From NCBI GenBank assembly GCA_002307275.1, contig DBTX01000078.1, forward strand, positions 66,350 through 130,349: 64,000 nucleotides of DNA, read 5' to 3'. Positions 54,524 to 63,237 of this stretch are shown piece by piece. Both the position numbers and the translations under genes were made by a program. The DNA comes from Hungateiclostridiaceae bacterium UBA1305 (GTDB lineage Bacteria > Bacillota > Clostridia > Acetivibrionales > DTU013). Below the pieces are notes generated by a model that saw only the letters and a list, made by a program, of their open reading frames with translations, had not been told where the DNA came from and did not search any database. Numbering within the stretch: position 1 is the stretch's first letter; the number at the start of each line of letters is the position of its first letter.

Positions 54524-55888
54524 TCACGGTATGTTTTTAGCTGCGACCAATGATTTATTTTTCCATTTCCCCTGCTTATATCGTATGACACTTGCAACTG
54601 CTGTAATAAACCAGGTCAAACCGGTCGTTGACCATATGCTCCAGACTCCGATTGCAGGAATCATCGCCAGAATTGTTGCGAATCCAACTCTCCCCACAAC
54701 TTCCACTATACCGTTGATCATGGAATAAAAGGCATCTCCGGTACCATTCAGCAGTCCTCTTGTAATAAAAATCATTCCAACAGCAAAGTACATACAGCTG
54801 GTAATCTTAATTGCCTTTGCCCCAAGAACGATCACGGCTTCATCCTTAACAAATATTCCCATAACAGCATGCCCTCCGAACTGCGCTGCCAGCAGTGCCG
54901 CAATACTAAAAACAGCTACAATTAAAATACTGCTGTGATATCCCTTCTTCACACGCTCCAGCTTGTTTGCCCCCATATTTTGTCCTGCAAAGGTAGCCAT
55001 GGCTGAACTTAAAGAACTGAAAGGAAGCAGGATCAGTTGCTCTATTCTGCTGGTGGCTGTATAGGCTGCAACGGCTATCTCTCCAAAGCCATTTACCACT
55101 CTCTGCAATGCTATTAGTGATAAGGCAATCATTGAGTTTTGCAATGCTACAGGAATACCGACTTTTATACATTTCATAATAATCGGCAAGTTTACTTTCA
55201 TGTGTTCTTTCTTAAATCGGAAGTATGGATTATTCCGGAATGCAAATACAGCACAGCCCAAAGCAGCCATTGCCTGGGATATTACAGTGGCACAGGCTGC
55301 TCCTTCCACACCAAACCCAAGCTTAAGAACAAATAATAAATCCAGCGAAACATTCAACGCACAGGAAATAATTAAGAAAATCAGCGGTGTCTTTGAATCT
55401 CCCAGAGCCCTGAGTATGGCGGCAATAGCATTATAGGCAGCCATTGCCAGCATGCCGCCGGAGGATATTCTTAAAAATCTGGTGGAATCCTCCAAAATTT
55501 CCGGCGGAGTATTCAGCGCTTGTAAAATTATACGGGCACAGGAAGAGGTTATAATGCTCATTATTATCCCGGATACAGCTATCACATAAATTGCATTGGC
55601 TATAGCTCTTTTTACATCCTCTTCCTTTTTTGCGCCAAAGAACTGTGAGACCACTATACTTACTCCAATGGCTAATCCCATACACAGAGAAAAAGCCAGA
55701 AATTGTATGGAGCTTGTTGCTCCTACGGCTGCAAGTGCATTCGCACCTAAATACTTCCCTACAACGATTGAATTAATTATATTGTAGAACTGTTGAAATA
55801 CATTTCCAATGAGCATCGGCAGTGAAAATTGTATCAGAAGTTTAACTTCATTTCCTTCGGTCATATCTTGTGCATAATTGATTGACAT
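54524..55888 (-). CDS. MATE-family efflux transporter
   Basis: 12 TM segments. The N-terminal LLIQFSLPMLIGNVFQQFYN and the internal repeat are typical of MATE (NorM/DinF-like). An RBS-supported ATG lies at 55888. Confidence 0.85.
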   Translation of the reverse strand: MSINYAQDMTEGNEVKLLIQFSLPMLIGNVFQQFYNIINSIVVGKYLGANALAAVGATSSIQFLAFSLCMGLAIGVSIVVSQFFGAKKEEDVKRAIANAIYVIAVSGIIMSIITSSCARIILQALNTPPEILEDSTRFLRISSGGMLAMAAYNAIAAILRALGDSKTPLIFLIISCALNVSLDLLFVLKLGFGVEGAACATVISQAMAALGCAVFAFRNNPYFRFKKEHMKVNLPIIMKCIKVGIPVALQNSMIALSLIALQRVVNGFGEIAVAAYTATSRIEQLILLPFSSLSSAMATFAGQNMGANKLERVKKGYHSSILIVAVFSIAALLAAQFGGHAVMGIFVKDEAVIVLGAKAIKITSCMYFAVGMIFITRGLLNGTGDAFYSMINGIVEVVGRVGFATILAMIPAIGVWSIWSTTGLTWFITAVASVIRYKQGKWKNKSLVAAKNIP

Positions 55889-56188
55889 ATTTTGCTCCCT
55901 AGTTAGTTGCAGTTCCTGTAAATCTTTATAATTAGAAATATCATAACTCTTTGGATTCTGGATCTCGATATTTCCAAGCCATAAAGTATATTGACTTGAT
56001 TTTGAGCCATCAAATATCAACTCATCGGCAGTGTCCGATTTACTACAAACTTTTGCCTAATTATATCATATATAGTGTCATCAATAGGCTAAATAAATCT
56101 ACCTGAATCAGCTTACTTTACTCAACTAAGCCCTTGAGATAAATAGCATAATCAGCATAACAGATTCTATGACTTGCACTTCGGATTA

Positions 56189-57040
56189 CTATGATTCCTT
56201 CATATGCCTGAATATTTGTTGTGCCATTGTCTTATAATCATGTTCCACTTCAGGTATTTCTGTTTGCAAGACCGCCCACAGGGCATTCCAGAAGGATACT
56301 ACAAAAGTCATCTGTTCCAGGCTTTTCAGCATACCTATATCATATTGTCCAAAATACTGTTGAAGGAATTCTTCTTTCTGCGCTTGAGAATAGAACATGC
56401 AAGCACTGGACAAATCAAAAAAGATGTCTCCCATTCCTGTATACTCCCAATCAAGAAGCCTTACTGTTCCATCATCTATAAAGTTATTCGGAAAGGGATC
56501 ATTATGACACAATCCGAAGTGTTCCTGTTTGTTTTTCTCTCTTTCCTGCTTTATTGCATATAACTTATGAAGCAACTGGTCCAAATAATCAGGAAGCTCT
56601 AAATTGTTCTTGTTAGAAAATTGGATTCTATTTTCAATATCTTTATATGGACAAAACTCATATGGAATAGGTGATAAATGATGTACCTTCCTTAATGTAT
56701 CTGCAATACGGCTTATGTTTTCACTTGTTGCTGCATCTTCATTTGACCATTTCTTTCCTTCAATGTATTTAGTAATCATATTTCCGGTTTCAGTTGAAAA
56801 GTAGATTATTTCCGCACCTACACCTATTGCAGCTGCTGCCTTCATTGCAGCAAGTTCAGCGTATCTGTTAATCCCAAGCTTATAAGAATTTTTACCGCTT
56901 ATTCGAATTGCATATTTGATATTATCCTTAGATATAATATAATTCTGATTGGTCAAACCATCTTTTTGATATTCAATAGAAATATCAGAGATCTCCCAAT
57001 TTAAATTGTCCTTAATTAAATTACTAATTATCTCATTCAT
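56189..57040 (-). CDS. Choline/ethanolamine-kinase-family phosphotransferase (APH fold)
   Basis: Brenner motif LCHNDPFPNNFI and metal-binding LLDWEYTGMGD. Confidence 0.75.
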   Translation of the reverse strand: MNEIISNLIKDNLNWEISDISIEYQKDGLTNQNYIISKDNIKYAIRISGKNSYKLGINRYAELAAMKAAAAIGVGAEIIYFSTETGNMITKYIEGKKWSNEDAATSENISRIADTLRKVHHLSPIPYEFCPYKDIENRIQFSNKNNLELPDYLDQLLHKLYAIKQEREKNKQEHFGLCHNDPFPNNFIDDGTVRLLDWEYTGMGDIFFDLSSACMFYSQAQKEEFLQQYFGQYDIGMLKSLEQMTFVVSFWNALWAVLQTEIPEVEHDYKTMAQQIFRHMKES

Positions 57041-57391
57041 ATCACATGATCCTCCAAAAAATAATTCCTGATAGAATAATGTTAACAGAAAATCCGAATG
57101 TTAAAAATATAGATTTCTATCTTAGATTTGTAATATCTTAACTTTTTAGCGATTATCTACTGTAAATAATTCTATACTTCTCTTAATAATGCTCACATGT
57201 GAACATCATTTGTGATACGTCCCGCTGTGACAGCAGCAAATGCGTAAACATGATATCCGGTTTCTGCCGGCATTTCAGATCCAGATACCTTGTATGTGCA
57301 TGAGCACAAAAAATTTTGTGCTTGAATTTATTGAAATCGGTTATTAACATGTTATGATATAGAATATATAATGTAGCAGATTTTTTATGGC

Positions 57392-57445
57392 AAAGGGGCC
57401 TGTCCGAATGAATTCCACAAAGGATTCATTCGGGCAGGCCCCTTT
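57392..57445. terminator. Long orphan hairpin (~24-bp stem), bidirectional-terminator-like
   Basis: AAAGGGGCCTGTCCGAATGAATTC-cacaaa-GGATTCATTCGGGCAGGCCCCTTT with two G-U pairs, flanked by A and T tracts. No intact gene ends next to it on either strand. Confidence 0.5.
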
Positions 57446-57522
57446 TGCTATCTGATCATTACCGCCCGGGAACTAACAGACGCAATGGCAATCATGAATG
57501 AGATTCTGAACGAAGTGGATAG

Positions 57523-57807
57523 TTGGATTGGCTGACATATTTTAAGGGCATCGACCACGGCGGGGCCAACGGTCTCCTTATGTCAGAGTATCTCAGGCTG
57601 GTGGAACAAAGGAAGCCGGAACTTGCGGAAAAGATTCTGGCCGCCCTTGGTCTCCCTTCCCTGGATCGGTTCAGGGAAGGGACAGGTCTTTTGTTCACAA
57701 GTAAGGAAAAGATTAGTAAGGAAGAAATCCTGCGTTACAGCGGGAAGGCGATAAAAACCGGAAACATAGGAAACTGCATTGTAAAACCGGCAGAAGAGGA
57801 CATCTGA
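57523..57807 (+). pseudogene. Possible C-terminal fragment of an iron-containing alcohol dehydrogenase
   Basis: GIDHGGANGLLMSEYLRL...ELAEKILAALGL...NIGNCIVKPAEEDI resembles the 'HG.ANA.LLP.V..(F/Y)N...IA.ALG...NP....EDI' tail of Fe-ADHs. The N-terminal ~300 aa are absent. Confidence 0.35.
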
Positions 57808-57905
57808 GAAATGTATATAAGGTCTTTTGCCTGAAGTCGGGGTTGGACAATACAGCAGTGAAAATGACAATAACGCCATGAAACAATATCTGGGAGGGAT
57901 CATGT

Positions 57906-58736
57906 ATGGCAGCAGCAACAAGCATCACAAAGGAGTATCAGAAGTTTACCCCTATGGAAAATGAGACAGATACGGAAATCAAAATTGAAGACCTGTGGGT
58001 CAAATTCCCTGATAAAAATGGCGGAGAACCGGTTACCGCGCTTCAAAATATCAATATGGACATCAAGCAGGGTGAATTCGTCTCGCTGGTCGGCCCTTCC
58101 GGATGCGGAAAGACTACCTTGCTGCGTACCATTGCGGATCTCCAGCCGCCAAGCACGGGTAACATATCGGTCAGGGGAAAGACGCCAAGGGAAATCCGCC
58201 TTCAGAAGAAATATGGAATCGTATTTCAAAATCCTGTCCTTTATGAGTGGAGAACCGTTAGAAGAAATGTATGCATGCCAATGGAGCTGATGGGACTTCC
58301 CAAAAAATACAGGACGGCCCGGGTAACGGAAATGCTGGAAATGGTGGGCCTCTATAACTTCGGGAAGTTGTATCCCCACGAGCTCAGCGGCGGTATGCAG
58401 CAAAGAGTCGGGATTGCCAGAGCCCTGGCCATCAAGCCTGAAATTCTTCTGATGGATGAGCCTTTTTCCGCACTGGATGAATTCACGAAGGAAAAGCTTC
58501 ATGAGGATCTGCAGACAATCTGGAGCAAGACCAACAAGACCATATTGTTTGTGACTCATAATATTCAGGAGGCAGTCTTTCTATCCGACAGGGTCATTGT
58601 TATGTCGCCTCATCCGGGCAGGATTTCGGCGATTGTAGATATTGACCTGCCGAGGCCGAGGACACTGGCAACCAGAGATACCACGGAATTCAACGCCTTG
58701 GTTTCAAAGGTAAGGAACAGCTTCGAGGGGGTATGA
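57906..58736 (+). CDS. ABC transporter ATP-binding protein (NitT/TauT family)
   Basis: Walker A GPSGCGKTT, signature LSGGMQQRVGIARAL, Walker B LLMDEPFSALD. GGGAGGG RBS 7 nt upstream. Confidence 0.9.
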   Translation: MAAATSITKEYQKFTPMENETDTEIKIEDLWVKFPDKNGGEPVTALQNINMDIKQGEFVSLVGPSGCGKTTLLRTIADLQPPSTGNISVRGKTPREIRLQKKYGIVFQNPVLYEWRTVRRNVCMPMELMGLPKKYRTARVTEMLEMVGLYNFGKLYPHELSGGMQQRVGIARALAIKPEILLMDEPFSALDEFTKEKLHEDLQTIWSKTNKTILFVTHNIQEAVFLSDRVIVMSPHPGRISAIVDIDLPRPRTLATRDTTEFNALVSKVRNSFEGV

Positions 58737-59551
58737 ACTTGGGAAAAATAAAAAAAGCCTTATTGTCGAAGCAAATGGTCATCGCATACTGGGTGCTCGG
58801 ATTGGTTGTCATCTGGGAGATATTGGCCGTCATAATTGAACATACAAAGCGTACCCCGGAGAATGTACTTCCTCATTTGCACCAGATTGCTCAGTCCATA
58901 TTCAGCAAAGATTTGGTCAATATGGATCAGACAGCGCTGCAGATCGTTTTAAGCAATACGGGAATAACACTGCAAAGAGCCGGGATCGGATTTTTAATTG
59001 GTATTGCGGTCGGCTACCTTCTGGCGCTCATCATGAACATGTTCTCCTGGGCGGAAAAGGTCGTCTTTCCCTACCTCATGATCATTCAGATGATACCGAT
59101 TCTCGGCATGGCTCCCATTGTGCTTGCTATGACGAAGGATATCAACAAAAGCCGCATTGTGATTGCCGCATTATTGACCTTCTATCCCGTAGCAACCAAT
59201 ACGCTGGCTGGATTCAAATCGGTAATGAAGGAAAAGCATGAGTTGATGTATTCCATGGCGGCAAAAAAATCCGATGTCTATAAAAAGCTGCTGATTCCGG
59301 CAAGTATGCCATATTTTTTTACAGGCTTGAAAATATCCGCTCCAATGGCAATTACCGCCTCCATTCTGGTAGATACGCTTCAGGGCGGCGGCGGGCTCGG
59401 ATGTATGCTGTCCCAATCCCTCAAGCACGCCATGACCATTTATGTATTCTGGCAGATCGTTTTCCTGAGCGCAATCATCGGGATAGCAAGTTATTATTTG
59501 ATGTCAGTGATTGAAAAATTAATTTCGCCGTATAAAAAGGTCGGCAGGTGA
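58733..59551 (+). CDS. ABC transporter permease (NitT/TauT family)
   Basis: Six TM segments with an EAA-like loop (MAAKKSDVYKKLLIPASMPYFFTGLKIS). The start overlaps the ATPase stop. Confidence 0.85.
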   Translation: MNLGKIKKALLSKQMVIAYWVLGLVVIWEILAVIIEHTKRTPENVLPHLHQIAQSIFSKDLVNMDQTALQIVLSNTGITLQRAGIGFLIGIAVGYLLALIMNMFSWAEKVVFPYLMIIQMIPILGMAPIVLAMTKDINKSRIVIAALLTFYPVATNTLAGFKSVMKEKHELMYSMAAKKSDVYKKLLIPASMPYFFTGLKISAPMAITASILVDTLQGGGGLGCMLSQSLKHAMTIYVFWQIVFLSAIIGIASYYLMSVIEKLISPYKKVGR

Positions 59552-59563
59552 GAAGGTGAACAA

Positions 59564-60376
59564 ATGGAAATAGAAAAATTACAGGACCGAACCAATGTTG
59601 AGAAACTCACAACCGTATTATACCCGGTTTTATTCGGCATATTTATCGCTGTCCTCTGGCAGACCCAGATCCTGCATAAAATCCTGGGGACGGATACGTT
59701 CACCCTGCCTCTGCCGGGAAGAATTATCAGCATCATCGGCGACAACCATGCAACAATTCTTAAAAATGTGGGAGCCACTCTAATCGTAGCTTTGGGCGGA
59801 TTGACCGCCGGATCCCTTTTCGGATACCTTTTGGGCATAATCTCCACGGCATTTCCCAAGTGGGGCGCCGGTGGGCTCACAGTAGTTTCCGCATTCAATG
59901 CGGTGCCAATCATTGCGATTGCTCCGATCCTGAACAACCTGACCAAGGACTTCAGCAAGGATGCGAATACCCGGAGCATGCTCGCAAAGATGCTTGTCGT
60001 AATGATCACCTGCACTGTTGCCATGAGCATCAATGCTTATCGCGGGCTGACCGAACTGAAGCCGTTTTCTCTGGATTTGATGCAATCCTTCGCCGCATCC
60101 AAGCTTGAAATATTCTTCAAGCTGAGAGTACCAAACAGTGTCCCATACATTTTCACCGCACTCAGGGTCAGTGTTCCGGCATGCGTAATCAGCGCACTGG
60201 TCAGCGAGTATTTTGCAGAGTACATTATCGGAGTCGGACGCCAGATTCGTGAAAATATCGTATTGGCACAATATGCAACAGCATGGGCATACATTTTCGT
60301 TGCCTGTGCGATCGGAATCATCATGTACCTGATCCTTTTGACCCTGGAAGGTATTTTGTTGAAAGGCCGGCGCTGA
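59564..60376 (+). CDS. ABC transporter permease (NitT/TauT family), second subunit
   Basis: Paralogous layout with loop SFAASKLEIFFKLRVPNSVPYIFTALRVS. Confidence 0.85.
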   Translation: MEIEKLQDRTNVEKLTTVLYPVLFGIFIAVLWQTQILHKILGTDTFTLPLPGRIISIIGDNHATILKNVGATLIVALGGLTAGSLFGYLLGIISTAFPKWGAGGLTVVSAFNAVPIIAIAPILNNLTKDFSKDANTRSMLAKMLVVMITCTVAMSINAYRGLTELKPFSLDLMQSFAASKLEIFFKLRVPNSVPYIFTALRVSVPACVISALVSEYFAEYIIGVGRQIRENIVLAQYATAWAYIFVACAIGIIMYLILLTLEGILLKGRR

Positions 60377-60457
60377 AATACAGAAGAATTCCTGCGGCCG
60401 GAACTCAACTTGATATAAATAACAACACCATATAAGAGAAAGAAGGGGGCTATAATT

Positions 60458-61657
60458 ATGAAGAAAATGATGAAAAAAATGCTGCCAAAGGTCAGCGCAT
60501 TCCTTTTAGTTTGTATCCTGGCAGTAAGCATGACAGGCTGCGGAAGTACTTCCACAAGCACGCCTGATGCATCTTCGGCAGCACCTGTTGCAGCCGCATC
60601 ATCAGCAGCACCGGCAGAATCGGTCGCCACAGCACCGGCTGCAAGCTCAGGCCCATACTATGACGAAAGTGCAACTGCGGAGAGTGTCGTAACGGATGGC
60701 GCCGGTAAAGGAAAGGTCGGAAACTGGGGACTTGGTAACGAGTATGAGATCAAGGCTCTTTTAACAAAGTACGGTCAGCCGACGGATTACCTGAGCCAGG
60801 CTTTCGACATGGACGGCTTTGATGACGACTCCATCCTTCTGGCATCCGCCATGACCTATAATGAGCTTGGACTGGTCACAAACAGCTATAAGGGCGGTTA
60901 CAGCTACGGCGACAAAGTAAAATACATCGATATGAACGATGAAGGCGTTGCAATGCTCGAAGACAATATCTTCTGCACAAGCGCCTTTGCCAAAGCAAAT
61001 CCCAATACCGTGAAAGCATTCCTTTATGCTTCAATGAAAGGCTGGAAGGATGCATGCGCAAATCCCGAGGAAGCTGCCAAAATCGTATTCAAATATGGGT
61101 CCTCCGTATCCAGCGAGCATCAGTCCTACATGGCAGCCGAGGTCAAGAAGCTGGTAGAAACGGATACAAAGGGCACTACGGTAACCGATTACGGTAACAT
61201 GGATGATACTGCAATGCAGCAAACCCTGGATCTTGCAAAAAAATATATCAAGCTGGAGGATTCCACTGCTGCAGACAAGCTTCAGACACTGACACTGGAC
61301 AACATCCGTGACACCTCTTATCTGGCTGAGGCAATTAAATCCACCGATGGAAAATTCGGAACCCCGGAAAAAGCCGATGTGAAGATTCAGCTTAAATGGC
61401 TTCCACAGGCACAGTTCATGGGCTACTACGTGGCACTTGACAAAGGGTATTACAAGGATGCCGGCCTGAACGTAACCATCACTCCCGGCGGCGGCGATAT
61501 CAGTGAAACCACGGCTGTAAATTCCGGGCAGGTTGACTTCGGAGTCACATGGGTATCCAACCTGATCGCTGCAAACGCCGGCGGCATGGACCTTACAGAG
61601 GTTTCCCAGGTATTCCAGAGATCCGGTCTGGTTCTGGTCTACAAAATCAACAAATAA
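60458..61657 (+). CDS. ABC substrate-binding lipoprotein, NMT1/SsuA/ThiY-like, with apparently circularly permuted sequence order
   Basis: Lipobox AVSMTGCGS and an Ala/Ser/Pro linker. The canonical N-terminal block (VKIQLKWLPQAQFMGYYVALDKGYYKDAGLNVTI...) sits at the extreme C-terminus. Canonical later blocks (GKGKVGNWG..., NPNTVKAFLYASMKGWKDA...) come first. Confidence 0.75.
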   Translation: MKKMMKKMLPKVSAFLLVCILAVSMTGCGSTSTSTPDASSAAPVAAASSAAPAESVATAPAASSGPYYDESATAESVVTDGAGKGKVGNWGLGNEYEIKALLTKYGQPTDYLSQAFDMDGFDDDSILLASAMTYNELGLVTNSYKGGYSYGDKVKYIDMNDEGVAMLEDNIFCTSAFAKANPNTVKAFLYASMKGWKDACANPEEAAKIVFKYGSSVSSEHQSYMAAEVKKLVETDTKGTTVTDYGNMDDTAMQQTLDLAKKYIKLEDSTAADKLQTLTLDNIRDTSYLAEAIKSTDGKFGTPEKADVKIQLKWLPQAQFMGYYVALDKGYYKDAGLNVTITPGGGDISETTAVNSGQVDFGVTWVSNLIAANAGGMDLTEVSQVFQRSGLVLVYKINK

Positions 61658-61673
61658 TCACTTCCCATAATAG

Positions 61674-61752
61674 TTGTGCCGGCAACTCAGAAAGCCGGAA
61701 ACCAAAGGGAGCCGGTCTGGTGTATACAAGGCCGGCTTCCCGGCACAATTTT
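61674..61752 (+). promoter_or_regulatory. Structured intergenic element (terminator or antiterminator-like)
   Basis: Outer stem TTGTGCCGG...CCGGCACAA is followed by TTTT. Inside, three GCCGG and two CCGGC segments allow mutually exclusive pairings. It lies between the SBP gene and hydA. Confidence 0.45.
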
Positions 61753-61784
61753 CAATGAAATCCATATTACAAGGAGGGAAAATA

Positions 61785-63152
61785 ATGGATCTGCTGATTA
61801 AAAACGGAACCATCATAACGGATAAAGAACGGTTTCAGGCAGATATTGCTGTAGAAAACGGAAAAATTACATGCATCGGTACAAATCTTTCCATGAAGGC
61901 GGATAAAACGGTAGTTGCAACCGGAAAACTCGTACTTCCGGGCGCTATCGATGCACATACCCATTTGGCCATGCCATTCGGAGGAACGGTTTCTGCAGAC
62001 AGTTATCTGTCAGGAACACGGGCAGCCGCATGCGGAGGGGTTACAACCGTATTCGATTACCCGATACAAAGGAAAGGAAAAGGAATTCTGGAAACCGTGG
62101 AAGCCCGAAAGGCAATATGCGATCCGGAAGCCTGCGTGGATTATGCTTTCCACTGCTGTATCACGGATCTGAACGGCGGGACCCTGCTGGACGAATTTGC
62201 AGACGCGGTAGCTTACGGCGTTACAAGCTTCAAATGCTTCCTTGTTTACAAGAAAGAAGGCATGATGGTTGACGATGCAACCTTGGTAAAGGTATTGCTG
62301 AAGGCAAAGGAAACCGGCGCCATTACCAACATTCATGCCGAAAATCCCGACCTGATCGACATGAATATTGAGAAGTTCCTGAAGGAAGGAAAAACGTCCC
62401 CCTGGTACCATTATCTCAGCAGACCGGAATTTGTGGAAGCGGAAGCGGATAAAAGAGCGATCCATTGGGCCAAGTCCGTCGATGCTCCCTTATACCTCGT
62501 CCACATGGCCGACAAGGAAGGGTTGGAAGCTGCAATCGCGGCAAAGCAGGCAGGGCATGAAATTTATGTCGAGACCTGTCCGCAGTATCTGGAATTTACC
62601 TGTGACGTATACAAGAGAGAAGATGGCAGGAATTTTGTTTGTTCACCGCCGATGAAGGGGCAGGAAAGCAAGGACGCCCTGTGGGCGGCGATAAAGGCCG
62701 GAACCATCGACACCGTTGCAACGGACCATTGTCCTTTCCAAAGCTATGAAAAGGACTGGGGCAAGGATAATTTCACGAAAATCCCCAATGGCTGCGCCGG
62801 TGTGGAAAATCTTTACTCATACATGCTCTCGGCGGCAAATGACGGGCTGATTTCCTTCAACCGGGCAGTGGAATTGTGTTCCGCAAACCCTGCAAAAATC
62901 TTCGGGTGCACACAGAAAGGCTCTCTAATACCAGGCAAAGATGCAGATATCGTAATTTATGACCCTGACAAGTATGTTACCATCTCGGTTAGAAACATGC
63001 ATTCAGATTATGATCATACCATCTGGGAAGGGAAAAAGATCCATGGTTATCCGGTGCAGACCTATGTCCGGGGCAAATTGGTTTATGACAACGGTAATTT
63101 CGTCGGGGAACCGGGATATGGTCAGTTTGTAAAGCGTGAGCCGAAGAAATAG
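61785..63152 (+). CDS. hydA: Dihydropyrimidinase / D-hydantoinase
   Basis: MDLLIKNG.I...ADI.VENGKI, metal ligands GAIDAHTH, carboxylated-Lys context SFKCFLVYK, then NIHAEN and TDHCPF. The AAGGAGGG RBS supports the ATG at 61785. Confidence 0.9.
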   Translation: MDLLIKNGTIITDKERFQADIAVENGKITCIGTNLSMKADKTVVATGKLVLPGAIDAHTHLAMPFGGTVSADSYLSGTRAAACGGVTTVFDYPIQRKGKGILETVEARKAICDPEACVDYAFHCCITDLNGGTLLDEFADAVAYGVTSFKCFLVYKKEGMMVDDATLVKVLLKAKETGAITNIHAENPDLIDMNIEKFLKEGKTSPWYHYLSRPEFVEAEADKRAIHWAKSVDAPLYLVHMADKEGLEAAIAAKQAGHEIYVETCPQYLEFTCDVYKREDGRNFVCSPPMKGQESKDALWAAIKAGTIDTVATDHCPFQSYEKDWGKDNFTKIPNGCAGVENLYSYMLSAANDGLISFNRAVELCSANPAKIFGCTQKGSLIPGKDADIVIYDPDKYVTISVRNMHSDYDHTIWEGKKIHGYPVQTYVRGKLVYDNGNFVGEPGYGQFVKREPKK

Positions 63153-63237
63153 GGCAGCGTGGCAACCAGGCGATTAAAAGCTGGAAGGGGCAGTCAAAGC
63201 AATAAAATGGAATCGATTCGGAATTGGAGGGTGCGTC

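Noticed and set aside
61698-61716. AACCAAAGGGAGCC inside the hydA leader considered as a PyrR-binding loop
   Set aside because: It only loosely resembles the (A/G)UCCAGAGAGG(C/U)U consensus as I remember it, differing at several core positions. This is too weak to claim.
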